Source: Candidatus Latescibacterota bacterium
GTDB lineage: Bacteria; Latescibacterota; UBA2968; UBA8231
Assembly: GCA_965197905.1 (NCBI GenBank)
Contig: CBDAOB010000002.1
Span: 384,001-448,000 of the forward strand
Length of the DNA stretch: 64,000 nucleotides
Direction of reading: 5' to 3'
Both the position numbers and the translations under genes were made by a program. Under the pieces are notes generated by a model that saw only the letters and a list, made by a program, of their open reading frames with translations, was not told the DNA's origin and ran no database searches. This document shows, in pieces, positions 49,083 through 60,302 of this stretch (positions are counted from its first letter, which is position 1; each line of letters starts with the position of its first letter).

Positions 49083-51505
49083 TCGCGGCTGTTGGACTTT
49101 CTAGTGGGCGTCTTTTGCCTCGCGGCTTTCGGTCGGGCCTGTTTTCGGGCTACCTTTTTCCTCAGCGCGAGTTCCAGAGCCTCGTCGATACTTTCCACCA
49201 TCTGAAATTTCATCTGCTTGCGAATCGGATCGGGAATCTCTTCCAGATCCCTCTCGTTCTTGCGGGGAAGGATGACCGTCTTGATGCCCGCCCGTTGAGC
49301 CCCCAGCACCTTGTCTCGAATACCGCCGACAGGCAGGACCCGGCCTCGAAGAGTGATCTCCCCCGTCATGGCGATGTCGCCGCGAACGGGACGGCCGGTA
49401 AACAAAGATACGAGGGCCGCCGTGATCGCCACCCCGGCCGAGGGGCCGTCCTTTGGGGTCGCGCCGGCCGGGACGTGTAGATGGATGTCGGATTCGGCGA
49501 TCGCTTTGGTCTCGATCCGGTACTTGCGAGCCCGGGTCCGCAGGTAGCTCAAGGCCGCCTGAGCCGACTCCTGCATGACCTCGCCCAGCTGCCCGGTGAG
49601 AATCAGGTTCTTTCGACCCTGCATTTTCGTTGCTTCGATGAACAGGATCTCGCCGCCCGCCGCGGTCGCCGCCATGCCGGTCGCGACACCGACCTCCCCG
49701 TTGGCATCCGCCACCTCCGGAAAAAACACCGCAGCGCCGAGAAACTCATCAAGGTCCCCCGTCACCACCTTGATCTTTCGTTTGCGCCCCTCGACGAACT
49801 TGCGCGCCACTTTGCGACAGACGCTACCGATCTGCCGTTCCAGAGTACGCAAACCCGCTTCCCTGGTATACTGTTCGATAATTCGCGGCAGCGTCCCGTC
49901 CTCGAAGGCGAGCTGAGTCGTCTTCAGCCCATGCTCTTCCAGCTGCCGCGGAACCAGAAACTTGCGAGCAATCTGCTCCTTTTCGTTCGGGGTGTATCCG
50001 GGCAACGCGATCTCTTCCATGCGATCCAGTAGTGGTGCCGGAATGGGAGAAAGCAGATTCGCAGTGGCAATAAACATCACTTGAGAAAGATCGAACGGCA
50101 CGTCCAGATAATGATCTACGAACGAGAAATTTTGCTCCGGATCTAAGACCTCCAGAAGCGCCGCCCCCGGATCGCCGCGAAAATCCATGCCAAGCTTGTC
50201 GATTTCATCCAACATAAAAACCGGATTGTTGGAGCCGGCCTTGTGAAGACCTTGAATTATACGACCGGGAAGTGAGCCGATGTATGTTCGCCGGTGGCCG
50301 CGTATCTCCGCCTCGTCGCGCACCCCACCCAGGGAGATGCGCACGAAGTTGCGACCCAGGGAACACGCGATGGAGCGGCCAAGCGATGTTTTGCCGACGC
50401 CCGGTGGGCCCACAAAACAAAGCAGAGGACCTTTGATCTCCTTGCGCAGATGACGCACGGCGAGGTACTCCAGGATGCGCTCTTTGACCTTCTCCAGACC
50501 GAAATGGTCCTCATCTAGGATCACCGAGGCAGCAGCTACATCGAGATGGTCCTCGGTTGCGGTCGACCAGGGCAGGTCCGTCAGCCAGTCCAGGTAGGTA
50601 CGCACTACCGAATATTCTGGCGCCCCCGGCATCATCTTCTCCAGGCGCCCCAGCTCGCGACCCGCAACCTCGGCCACCTCCTCCGGAAGTCGCGCCTCTT
50701 CGATCTTGGCTCTCAGCTCCTCCATCTCAGCGACCACTGGATCATCGCCGCTGAGCTCTTTTTGAATCGTCTTCAGCTGCTCCCGAAGGAAATACTCCCG
50801 CTGTGACTTTCCGAGCTTTTCCTGCACCTGCGATTGAATCTTGGCACCCGTCTCGAGAATCTCGAGCTCCCGTGAAATGAGCTCCGTCAGGTACGCCAGC
50901 CGTTTTTGAATATCCAACGATTCCAGCAGGCGCTGATGCTCTTCGATCTGGAGATCCAGGTTGGAGGCGACGAAGTCGGCGAGACGGCCGGGATGATCGA
51001 TGTTCATCACCAGAATCTGCAGCTCGTCCGGCAGATGGGAGGTGATCTTGATGATCGCCTGGAACTGGTTGCGTATCGATCGCGTCATCGCTTGCACTTC
51101 CATGGCTTCGGCGTTACCCTGATCCTCCAGCCGACCGATTTCACCCGTAATGAGCTTTCCCTCATCGAAGAGATCACCCAGAATACCGCGCTCTACTCCC
51201 TGGACGATGAGGCGTACCCCACCGTCAGGCATACGCCACAACTTGTGGATCTTGCCGATGCAACCGATCGAGTAGAGATCCTCCTTTGCAGGTATCTCCA
51301 CCTCCGGATTCCGCTGGGCGAATATTCCGATGACCCGCTCCCCCTCCATTGCTTTCTCGATGACGGCAATGGAGCGCTCTCGCGTGGCCGTCAGTTGCTG
51401 TGGCATATACGGGTAGACCACCGTGTTGCGCAGCGGAAAAATTCCCAGCCGTTGCGGACTGGCCAGGCTAGCGTTCGGATCGCTTTCCGAGGACGCCTCA
51501 GTCAA
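49079..51505 (-). CDS. lon: ATP-dependent Lon protease
   Basis: LON N domain, GPPGVGKTS, HRRTYIG, PKDGPSAG (catalytic Ser), GGIRDK. Confidence 0.97.
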   Translation of the reverse strand: MTEASSESDPNASLASPQRLGIFPLRNTVVYPYMPQQLTATRERSIAVIEKAMEGERVIGIFAQRNPEVEIPAKEDLYSIGCIGKIHKLWRMPDGGVRLIVQGVERGILGDLFDEGKLITGEIGRLEDQGNAEAMEVQAMTRSIRNQFQAIIKITSHLPDELQILVMNIDHPGRLADFVASNLDLQIEEHQRLLESLDIQKRLAYLTELISRELEILETGAKIQSQVQEKLGKSQREYFLREQLKTIQKELSGDDPVVAEMEELRAKIEEARLPEEVAEVAGRELGRLEKMMPGAPEYSVVRTYLDWLTDLPWSTATEDHLDVAAASVILDEDHFGLEKVKERILEYLAVRHLRKEIKGPLLCFVGPPGVGKTSLGRSIACSLGRNFVRISLGGVRDEAEIRGHRRTYIGSLPGRIIQGLHKAGSNNPVFMLDEIDKLGMDFRGDPGAALLEVLDPEQNFSFVDHYLDVPFDLSQVMFIATANLLSPIPAPLLDRMEEIALPGYTPNEKEQIARKFLVPRQLEEHGLKTTQLAFEDGTLPRIIEQYTREAGLRTLERQIGSVCRKVARKFVEGRKRKIKVVTGDLDEFLGAAVFFPEVADANGEVGVATGMAATAAGGEILFIEATKMQGRKNLILTGQLGEVMQESAQAALSYLRTRARKYRIETKAIAESDIHLHVPAGATPKDGPSAGVAITAALVSLFTGRPVRGDIAMTGEITLRGRVLPVGGIRDKVLGAQRAGIKTVILPRKNERDLEEIPDPIRKQMKFQMVESIDEALELALRKKVARKQARPKAARQKTPTRKSNSRE

Positions 51506-51564
51506 AATCGACTCCTGTTTTCAAAGGGAAAGATGTGCGCGGAGTATGACGTAACTTCTTATCA

Positions 51565-51607
51565 AGCTTAGAGCTTAGCTTGACACATGTCAAGATACCG
51601 GTATACT
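51565..51607. promoter_or_regulatory. Back-to-back sigma70 promoters for lon (-) and hflX (+)
   Basis: Palindrome CTTGACA-CA-TGTCAAG gives TTGACA on both strands; plus strand N16-TATACT, minus strand N17-TAAGCT. Confidence 0.6.
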
Positions 51608-51755
51608 GGAGGAAACGCGTAAATCCAAAGTGGAAAGCGGTTGAGATTGACCGCTTCTAGGGCGGAGAAAAACCGAATGTCGGATGTCTCGCCCGCCAAG
51701 TGATGTCATCAAAACTCCTGCTCAAGGATGGTTTCGCACTAGTCGGAGGAATTGA

Positions 51756-53030
51756 TTGAACGAAAACTGCCCAGATGCTCAAAAGGCGTTGCTCGTCGGT
51801 GTCGCCCTGCCCACCATTCCTCGTTGGGAGGCCGAGGACTCCCTTGATGAATTGGAACGCTTGGCGGAGACCGCAACCCTGGAGGTGGGCGGGCGGGCAT
51901 TGCAAGCCCGCAAATCGGTGGATCGCAGGTACTACATCGGCAAGGGCAAGGCGGAAGAACTCAAGGAGACATCAGAAACCGTCGGCGCCGACCTGATAAT
52001 CTTCGACAACGATCTCTCGCCGGCACAGATGCGCAACTTGGAAGAATTGACGGACATGCGCATCCTCGATCGCAGCGGGTTGATACTGGATATCTTCTCA
52101 CTGCACGCGCGGACGCACACCGCTCAGGTGCAGGTCGAGCTGGCCCAGCTGAACTACCTGCTGCCCCGATTGACTCGCATGTGGACACACCTTTCGCGTC
52201 AAGCCGGGGGCGGTGCTATCCGCGGGATGGGTGCCGCCGGCGTCCGCGGACCAGGAGAGACCCAGTTGGAGATCGACCGGCGCATGATTCGCAGCAGGAT
52301 CAGCCACCTGGGTTCGCGGCTGGACCGCATCGGCACGCAGATGGCCACCAGCCGCAAAGGGAGATCCGACCTCTTCAAGGTCGCGCTCGTCGGCTATACA
52401 AATGCGGGTAAGTCAACCTTGATGCGGGCGCTGTCCGGGGCCGATGTGCTGATCGAAGATCAACTCTTCGCCACCCTGGACTCCACCTCCCGCGTGGTCG
52501 AGCTGGAAGGCCCGCGGAAAGTCCTGCTCACGGATACCGTAGGATTCATCAATCGTTTGCCCCACCATTTGGTCGCTTCGTTTCGTGCAACCCTTGAGGA
52601 AGCGGAGGAAGCCGATCTCCTGCTGCATGTCGTCGACTTGAGCCAGAAGAATTATCAATCGCAGATCGCCACAGTCGAGGGGGTGCTCAAGGAGCTGGGT
52701 ATTGGCGAGAAACCGCTAGTTGTGGTCTACAACAAAATCGATCGTCTGGATGATGACCAGATGGCTCCGAATGACGAGAGCGTAGCGGTATCGGCCATGA
52801 CCGGAGCCGGACTTTCCGAACTGCAGCGGATGCTCGTGGAGCGGAGTGCGGGCGATTCGGTGATCCTGGAGTTGGAGATTCCGTTGGCGGAGGGGAAACT
52901 TCTGGCTCGACTGCGAGAGCGTGGCGAGCTCATCGAGGAAGAGTATCGTCCCGCGGATGTGCGGCTACGGGTGCGGTTGGATCCCACCTGGGCCGAACGA
53001 TGGCAGTTGGGGCGGTTTGTCGCCGATTAG
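51756..53030 (+). CDS. hflX: GTPase HflX
   Basis: QVELAQL.Y.LPRL, RGPGETQLE.DRR, GYTNAGKST, LFATLD, DTVGF, NKID. Confidence 0.97.
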   Translation: MNENCPDAQKALLVGVALPTIPRWEAEDSLDELERLAETATLEVGGRALQARKSVDRRYYIGKGKAEELKETSETVGADLIIFDNDLSPAQMRNLEELTDMRILDRSGLILDIFSLHARTHTAQVQVELAQLNYLLPRLTRMWTHLSRQAGGGAIRGMGAAGVRGPGETQLEIDRRMIRSRISHLGSRLDRIGTQMATSRKGRSDLFKVALVGYTNAGKSTLMRALSGADVLIEDQLFATLDSTSRVVELEGPRKVLLTDTVGFINRLPHHLVASFRATLEEAEEADLLLHVVDLSQKNYQSQIATVEGVLKELGIGEKPLVVVYNKIDRLDDDQMAPNDESVAVSAMTGAGLSELQRMLVERSAGDSVILELEIPLAEGKLLARLRERGELIEEEYRPADVRLRVRLDPTWAERWQLGRFVAD

Positions 53031-53057
53031 GGCCTGTCTGATCTGGGGTCGGGTTCG

Positions 53058-54040
53058 TCATCCAAGGAAATTAGAGTACCAAGCAATGGTCTCTTTCAGC
53101 CCTCGCTCCAGATCGAAATCCGGATTCCATCCAAGCATCGCGGTGGCTTTCTTGGCAGATAGGAACTGGCTGTGAATCTCGTTCTGCGCCGTACCGTCGA
53201 TCTTTACCTTCTGATTCTCGCATCCCATTAGTCTTTGAATCAACCCGACCAAGTCAATCACCGATACGGGCGATTCCAGACTAAAGTTGAACGCCTCTCC
53301 GTGAACCTCTGGCTTGGCAAGAGATTCGGCCAGCTGCATGTAAGCTTGTGCAACGTCCTTCACGAAGATGAAATCGCGAACGTAACTCCCGTCGCTACGC
53401 ACGACGAAATCCTCGCTCGATAGAAAGGCCCTGATGGCACCCGGAACTAGCCGACTCCAGTTCAGATCGCCGCCGCCAAATACGTTCCCGCAGCGCGCAA
53501 TCGCAATTGGTAGGTGAAACGTATGGTAGTATGACTGCGATAGGAGATCCGCACACGACTTGGAGACGTCATAGGGAAATTCTCCTACTAGGGGCATGTC
53601 CTCGGAATATGGAAGATTCTCGTGCGTTCCGTACGCCTTGTCGCTCGAGGCGATGAGGACCCGCTGCACCAGGTCGCGGTGCATGCGGCACGCCTCTAGA
53701 AGATTGTAGGTTCCGCGAACGTTGGCATCGAATGTTGCAAGTGGATACTTGACGGCAGTGCCCACGATGGTCTGGGCGCCAAGATGAAAAACGGTGTCGA
53801 TCTCGTGTTGATTGATCGCGCGTTCAAGAGCACTGAAATCTTCCAATGCCCCATTGACCACGCTTATTCGGTCGATATCTCCGGATCGAAGTAGCTCTGA
53901 CTGCGGATTGGCGTCCTGAACAAGAGCTATTACGTGAGCCCCCTCGAAACCAGTTCCTTTGCCAACCACGAACCTATCATCCCCGTGGCACCGGTGATGA
54001 ATACACGTTTGTCTTGCCAAAAGTCAGATTCTCGTTGCAC
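53058..54040 (-). CDS. rfbG: NDP-hexose (CDP-glucose-type) 4,6-dehydratase; frameshifted at the run 53939-53943
   Basis: [20 protein letters not shown] in one frame continues as AHVIAL..HLGAQ..SSDKAY..YDVSK..GGGDLN after adding one G. Confidence 0.8.
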
Positions 54041-54048
54041 GGTGCCTT

Positions 54049-54825
54049 CTACCGTTCGCCCCAGACCTTCCACGGAGGGTTCCCGCCCTCCCAAAGCTCC
54101 TCCAGGTAGCGCATGTCTCTGCGCGTATCCAGACACTGCCAAAATCGGTTGTGTTTGTAGGCCGTCAGCTCGCCTTCCCGCGTGAGCCGTTCGAGTGGCT
54201 CTCTCTCAAAGAGCGTCTCGTCACCGTCGATGTATTGCAACACGCCTGGTTCGAGCACGAAAAATCCGCCGTTGATCCACCCTTCGGCGATCTGCGCTTT
54301 TTCGGCGAATACGGTCACGCGGTCTCCATCGAAAGTGAGGCTACCAAAGCGGGCGGGGGGTTGGACCGCGGTTACCGTAGCCATGCTTGCCGATTTATGA
54401 TGAAATTCCAAAAGCTCATCAACCTTTACGTTGGCAACGCCATCACCGTAGGTCATCATGAAGGTCTCATCACCTAGCCACGGAGCCAGTCGTTTGAGCC
54501 GACCACCGGTATTCGTCTGGGTTCCTGTATACACGAGCTGAACCGTCCAATCTTCCTGTAGCCCATCGTGCACATCGACACTTCCATCTTTCAGGTGAAT
54601 AGTGAGATCGTTGCGCAAGTAGTAATAGTTGAGAAAGTAATCCTTGATGACCTCACTTCGGTACCCCGTTGCGACGATAAACTCGGTGAATCCGAACGCG
54701 GCGTATATCTTCATTATGTGCCACAACATGGGACGCCCGCCTATCTCGATCATTGGCTTTGGTCTCAGGCTCGTTTCCTCCGCGAGACGAGTTCCCATCC
54801 CACCTGCGAGAATTACAACCTTCAC
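54049..54825 (-). CDS. rfbF: Glucose-1-phosphate cytidylyltransferase
   Basis: [45 protein letters not shown]. Confidence 0.93.
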   Translation of the reverse strand: MKVVILAGGMGTRLAEETSLRPKPMIEIGGRPMLWHIMKIYAAFGFTEFIVATGYRSEVIKDYFLNYYYLRNDLTIHLKDGSVDVHDGLQEDWTVQLVYTGTQTNTGGRLKRLAPWLGDETFMMTYGDGVANVKVDELLEFHHKSASMATVTAVQPPARFGSLTFDGDRVTVFAEKAQIAEGWINGGFFVLEPGVLQYIDGDETLFEREPLERLTREGELTAYKHNRFWQCLDTRRDMRYLEELWEGGNPPWKVWGER

Positions 54826-54874
54826 GGTAGCTTACGCTCCCCCAAATTGGATGTCGACATTTCTTTCATGCCAG

Positions 54875-55828
54875 TTATCGATCGAAGTTGATGCGTTCCA
54901 TTTCGAACACGAGCGGTTTCTTTGATACCCGCGAGTGAATCGATAGGATGTACTCTCCAAGGAGCCCGAGAAAGAGGAAGTTAACCGCTATAAAAAAGAA
55001 AAAAGTCACCATCAATGCCGCCACGCCAACGGGAAAAATCGACCATTTCAGCAATTTTACGATCAGCGTGAGGACACCTAGGACCAGACTCGAAAATCCG
55101 AAGATGAGCCCGAACACCGACATTATTCTAATCGGAATCTTCGAGTAGTTGGTCAATGCAATCATGGCGAAGTCGTAGAGACGATAAATATTGAAGTTGG
55201 TCGCTCCTCGCTCCCGGACTGGTTGTGCGTATTTCAGGACCGCCTGATTCATGCCCGCTTCCGATATTAACCCACGGAAGTAAGGATGGGTCTCCTCCAT
55301 CTGCCTGAGAAACTCGATCACCTTCCGATCGAACATTCCGAATCCGAAGACATTGTCGACCATCTTCACTTCGTCGGAGAGGTTCCGGATAACCCTGTAG
55401 AACAGCTTTCGGAGAGCAAACATGAGCTTGCCTTCCTGACTGTCGTCTTTTACCGCCATCACCACTTCGAAACCCTCAGCCCTCTTTGCAAGCAGGTCCA
55501 CGATCAGCTCTGGAGGATCTTAAAGATCGGCTGCTATGACGGTTACCGCATCCCCGGTCGTTTGCATAACACCGTGATACATCGAGCGAATGTATCCGAA
55601 GTTTCGGCTGTTGAAGATCAATTTGACCCTAGGGTCGCGGCCAGCCATGGATCTCAGAATCGCTCTCGTGCTGTCGGTAGAATAGTTGTCGATGATGATG
55701 TGTTCGTAGTCGTATTCCCCCAACTCTGCGAAAACGCCACGCACGGTTTCGTAGAGCCGCTCGATATTCTCTTCCTCATTGTAACATGGAGTTACGACGC
55801 TGACGAGTTCCTTCGAGGAATCGGTCAC
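54875..55828 (-). pseudogene. GT2 polyprenol-phosphate glycosyltransferase (GtrB-like) with an in-frame TAA at 55520-55522
   Basis: ORFs 55520-55828 and 54875-55501 are in frame and read ADL*DPPE where the family motif is DLQDPPE. Confidence 0.8.
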
Positions 55829-57087
55829 TCTATGACCCTCACGGATGGCAACGGCACGATAAACTTCGACCGCAGCCCCCCTTGGCGAAGCAACGCCATA
55901 ATCGGCTCAGCGTAGTGCCAAGCCAACAGGAGCACGTAGTCCGGTTGTTCCTTGAATAGAATCTCGTTCGAAATCACCGGTATGTGTTTCCCGGGAAGAT
56001 ACAATCCAAGCTTTGGGGAATGGGGCTGCTCCGCGATATACGGAATCAAGTCGGGCCCGATACCACAGAAATTCAGTAGTGTGCTGCAACGACCTGGACA
56101 GGAGTTTCCCACCACGTGCTGCTTCCTGTCCTTCAGATCTAGAAGCAATTGCAACAGTTCGTGTTTGGATCTGTAAATCTCTTCCCTAAACCGCTGCCAA
56201 GGGGCGGCTTGGCACAGTCCAAAGTCTGACTCCATGTCAAGTGTTCGACCGACACTTTCGTTGGGAGTCAATGGTTTATTTGAAACAACAACCCTAATTG
56301 AACCGTTGTACCGTTCAACCACTTCAGCATCAATGACCGTCATATCGTAGTACTCGAACAATCGTACCAGGGACGCGAGCGAATAGTTCCGAATGTGCTC
56401 GTGATAGAATGAGTCGTACTGGTTCAATTTTAGAATGTCAATCATATAGTGATTTTCAAACAAGAAAAAGCCGTCATCATGAAGCAGATTCTTGATGCCT
56501 CTTAGCAGGCTCCCGAGGGAGGCCACGTGGGCAAAGACATTCGTGGCTGTTACTAGATTCGCCTGCCCCTCCGAATCAGCGATTTCCTGGGCCACCTCTT
56601 CAGTGAAGAATCGTTTGATCGAAGGTATCGAGTTTTCCTCGACGGCGTAATCAGCTACATCGGTCGGTTCCACGCCCAGGACCTTCATACCTGCCCCTTT
56701 GAACGCACTCAGCAACGTCCCATCGTTGGAACCGATGTCTACGACAAAGTTTCCTTCGCCGAGGGTGAGCCTGGAGATGCACCATGCCGCGAGATCTGCG
56801 TGGTGCTGAACAACCTCTTGAGTCACACCGCACCGGTACGGGTAACCTGAATTGAATACGTCACGTGGCTCTACGACGAAGTCCAATTGCGAATGGCCAA
56901 GAGACCTGCTTCTCAGGATCCGAAGCGGATAGGTTTGTTCCGGCTTGCTGAGGTCTTCCGTACTCAGTAGTGAGTCGCAGAGCGGCTGATGTCCCAAGTC
57001 AACCACCAGTTCCAAATCGTCCGCACCGGTGATTTGGCAGTGGTTGAGGCAGCCGGCAATTACGTCATGAAATTCCGGAGGTTTCAT
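55825..57087 (-). CDS. NDP-sugar C-methyltransferase-like protein
   Basis: DLGHQPL.D, DIGSNDG, NVFAHV, YHEH, TLLNFCG, PDYVLLLAWHY, FIVPLP. Confidence 0.85.
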   Translation of the reverse strand: MKPPEFHDVIAGCLNHCQITGADDLELVVDLGHQPLCDSLLSTEDLSKPEQTYPLRILRSRSLGHSQLDFVVEPRDVFNSGYPYRCGVTQEVVQHHADLAAWCISRLTLGEGNFVVDIGSNDGTLLSAFKGAGMKVLGVEPTDVADYAVEENSIPSIKRFFTEEVAQEIADSEGQANLVTATNVFAHVASLGSLLRGIKNLLHDDGFFLFENHYMIDILKLNQYDSFYHEHIRNYSLASLVRLFEYYDMTVIDAEVVERYNGSIRVVVSNKPLTPNESVGRTLDMESDFGLCQAAPWQRFREEIYRSKHELLQLLLDLKDRKQHVVGNSCPGRCSTLLNFCGIGPDLIPYIAEQPHSPKLGLYLPGKHIPVISNEILFKEQPDYVLLLAWHYAEPIMALLRQGGLRSKFIVPLPSVRVIE

Positions 57088-57246
57088 GTTGGTGGGGTCA
57101 TCGGGAATATAAGCACCCAAATGCAAGATCCTGCCGGGTGGAAAGTCGAAGGGACGACCGCACTCCAGCCGACTTTACGTCGTGTCGAGTTTCGCAGAAT
57201 CAGCCTCGATACCTTCCATTTCTGGATCCACCAAATGCTTCCTACC

Positions 57247-57933
57247 TCAAATGTGGCGGCGCAGCGCAAACGCTTGCTTTAGATTGTCCAATATTGTACG
57301 CATATTGGCCACTTTTGATCTTCCACTCATCCGGGGGCGCATTTCTGTCGGTACGCTAACTATTCTGTATCCATTTCTGTGAGACCGAATTACCAGTTCC
57401 ATTAGTACTGCCCAACTTCGACCTGTGGACATCAATGTTAGGCCATCAAGAATGGTACGTCTGAACATGAACACTCCTTGGAACCTCGGAAGCGGACCAA
57501 ATAGCAGCCAGTACAGAGTCCTCTCGCCTTTAGACAAGCACTTCGAAACAACAGAACTGTCTCTATTGGGCAGATACCCCAACACTAACTCCGCGGCGCC
57601 AATCACTGAGATAAACTGTTTAATAATGGTTGCGGGAAATTGCCCGTCAGCCGGAAAAAAGGTGACGAAATCTCCACGAACATGTGCGAATCCCGTTCTG
57701 TACACTCCCCCCAAACCTTGATTGGTCTCGTGATGCACAACTCGTACTTTTCCACACATAGAAGCCAACTGGTCTGCAATTTGCCCAGTTTCATCAGTAC
57801 TCCCATCGTCAATGACCACGATCTCACACTCATAGGTCTTTCCCAGCTGGGTTAGTGCAAATTCAATTTCGCGAACGACCACATCTAAACTATCGGCTTC
57901 ATTAAAAGCCATAACTACAACTGAAATATTCAA
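57247..57933 (-). CDS. Glycosyltransferase family 2 (DPM synthase-like)
   Basis: AFNE, IDDGSTD, NQGLG, ADGQF, R.SG.SK. Confidence 0.88.
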   Translation of the reverse strand: MNISVVVMAFNEADSLDVVVREIEFALTQLGKTYECEIVVIDDGSTDETGQIADQLASMCGKVRVVHHETNQGLGGVYRTGFAHVRGDFVTFFPADGQFPATIIKQFISVIGAAELVLGYLPNRDSSVVSKCLSKGERTLYWLLFGPLPRFQGVFMFRRTILDGLTLMSTGRSWAVLMELVIRSHRNGYRIVSVPTEMRPRMSGRSKVANMRTILDNLKQAFALRRHI

Positions 57934-57978
57934 AGAATGTTTTTCTCTTGGGAAAAAGGCGGATTTTATTTCTATGGT

Positions 57979-58491
57979 TCAATTTCTCGTTCCAATCTCT
58001 CTGGCCGGGACCCCCGCTGCGATTGCATACTCCCTCATATCTGAATTAACAACCGCTCCAGCGCCAATCTGGACTCCATGGCCAATATGTGTGCCGGGCA
58101 AGACGACTGCACCCGTACCAATATCACAGTCATCTTCGATGGTCACAGGTGAAAAAACAACCTCGTTGTGCAAAATTGGTTTCCTCAAATCGTCACACTT
58201 GTGCGAAGAGGTAATTATCTTGACTCCCGGACCAATGCCGACATTACGACCAATCCACAATCCTCCTGCGCTATGAAAAAAACATTGTTGACCTATCCAT
58301 GTTCCGTCCCCGACGACCATTTTCTCATTGTAGTATCCCTTTAGAATGCTACAATGGCCAACATAGACGCCGCTTCCAATTTCTATGTTTTCGGGGTGAA
58401 AAACCAATACTCCGTTCTCAAATACAACGTCTTCGCCAAGTCTTGCAAATTGGGAAACAGAAAATTCGCCCGTTCCGTGACTATTCGTCAT
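57979..58491 (-). CDS. Hexapeptide-repeat O/N-acyltransferase
   Basis: Left-handed beta-helix repeats and AGVPAR; ATG overlaps the restored DegT stop. Confidence 0.88.
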   Translation of the reverse strand: MTNSHGTGEFSVSQFARLGEDVVFENGVLVFHPENIEIGSGVYVGHCSILKGYYNEKMVVGDGTWIGQQCFFHSAGGLWIGRNVGIGPGVKIITSSHKCDDLRKPILHNEVVFSPVTIEDDCDIGTGAVVLPGTHIGHGVQIGAGAVVNSDMREYAIAAGVPAREIGTRN

Positions 58492-59594
58492 GCGATATGG
58501 TTCTCTTTCGGCAACGCCTTTTCGATACATTTAGATATTTCTTCGATGTCCGTTGCCGACAATTTAGTGTGCAATGGCAAACAAATTCCCTGCTTGTATG
58601 CACGGGATGAATTTGGGAACGCTTTGCTGGTGTTGCGATAGCGACGCTACGCGCTTAGTGCGTAAGTCCCAATGGTAGCCTCGATCTCTAAATCTCTTAA
58701 TGCTCTCAAAGTCCGATCGCGATCTTTATCTTCGTCGAGTAAGATTACATATGACTGCCAAACATGCCGTAAACCTTCCATTGCGAATGGACATTCGATG
58801 CAGGCGACCCCAGCCAACAATTCACCGTATGAGCGAGCAAGTTCCGCTCGCCTACGAATGATACCTTCCAGTCGGGTCATCTGCACAGCACCTAGTGCTC
58901 CCTGCATGTCAGTCATTCGATAATTGAAACCAGGCATCTCCAGTCGGTTTTGCCCGTGAATTTGTGCCATTCCATGGTTACGTAATCGCGATATCCGGCG
59001 AGCTATACCACGATCATTAGTTACCACCATTCCACCCTCTCCGGTTGTGATCGCTTTGCGAGGATGAAAGCTGAAGCAACCTACATTCCCCATCGATCCG
59101 CATTTGTACCCCTTGTACTCCGCTCCGAGAGCACAGGCAGCATCCTCGATTACCGACAGATCGTATTCTTCCGCAGTTTCGAAGATGGGGTCCATATCAG
59201 CAGATTGGCCAAACAGATGGACCGGTATTATGGCCTTGGTTCTCTCGGTGACAGCTGGCCGAAGTTGACGAGCATCCATATTGAAGGAGGCCATATCAAT
59301 ATCTACCAGCACCGGCTTAGCTCCTACCAACTCCACGACATTCGCCGTCGCCGGAAAAGTGAAATCCGGTATGATTACTTCGTCTCCAAACCCGATGTCA
59401 GAGGCCAACAAAGCGAGGTGCAACGCTGCCGTTCCAGAAGTTACGGCGTAGGCGTAGTCAGCACCGACATATTCTGCTACCAGCCGCTCGAATTGCTGCA
59501 CATGTTCGCCTTGCACCAAATAGCCGGATCGCAAGACCGCTGTGACCGCCTGGATCTCCTCCTCGTGAATTTCCGGATCAGCCAAGCGGATCAT
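58488..59594 (-). pseudogene. DegT/DnrJ/EryC1/StrS sugar aminotransferase with an in-frame TAG at 58647-58649
   Basis: SGTAALHL, IEDAA, FSFHPRKAITTGEGG, GFNYR; the frame continues past TAG as ..FPNS..ICLPLH.. to TGA at 58488. Confidence 0.82.
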
Positions 59595-60302
59595 TTCGCC
59601 ATCCAATTTCGGTACCATTCTATCGTTCGTGACAAACCTTCTTCCAATTCGACCTTTGGCTCATATCCCAAAAGATTCCTTGCTTTGTCAATGTTGGGTA
59701 CGCGTAACTCCACATCTGAAAAATCTATATTAACGAACGTAATCTTTGAAGTGGACCTGCTTAACCTAACGATCCTTCTAGCCAGATCGTATATCGTACA
59801 CACACTTCGAGGATTGCCAATATTAAACGCTTGGCCGACCGCTTCAGGTTTTTCCAGGCATAAAAGAACGCCCTCGACAATATCGTCTACGAAGCACCAA
59901 GCGCGAATCTGACTACCATCGTTGTGGATTTCCAGATCTTCATTGTTCAGCGCTCTAACGATAAATCTGTGGATCGCCCCTTCTCCTACTTGCCCCGGGC
60001 CATAGATATTGAACGGCCGAATAGACAGCGTGGGAAGGTCGTACTGTCCGTGATAGTTGTGAGTCAGGTGCTCCGTAGCCAGTTTGCTAACCGCATACGT
60101 CCAACGAGCCTCCCCCACTGCGCCCAGACTCGTAACATCGCCTTCACTGACTTTATACGCGTAGGCACCAAATACCTCGCTGGTCGAAAAATCAACGACC
60201 CTTTCTAGATGCTGCTCCTGTAGGGCCGCCTCCAGCACATTGTAGGTACCAATTAGATTTACCTTCATGGTCGTCGTAGGCATTTTGAGCACCGTATCCA
60301 CC
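59591..60302 (-). pseudogene. 5'-truncated NAD-dependent epimerase/dehydratase
   Basis: VDTVLK..STSEVFG..YAVSK..RPFNIYGP..RAWCFVDD are present, but the N-terminal GxxGxxG Rossmann motif is missing. Confidence 0.75.

Noticed and set aside
57130..57245. Possible gene remnant (KHLVDPEMEGIEADSAKLDTT*) between the GT2 and C-methyltransferase genes
   Set aside because: Too short to assign to any family by eye.
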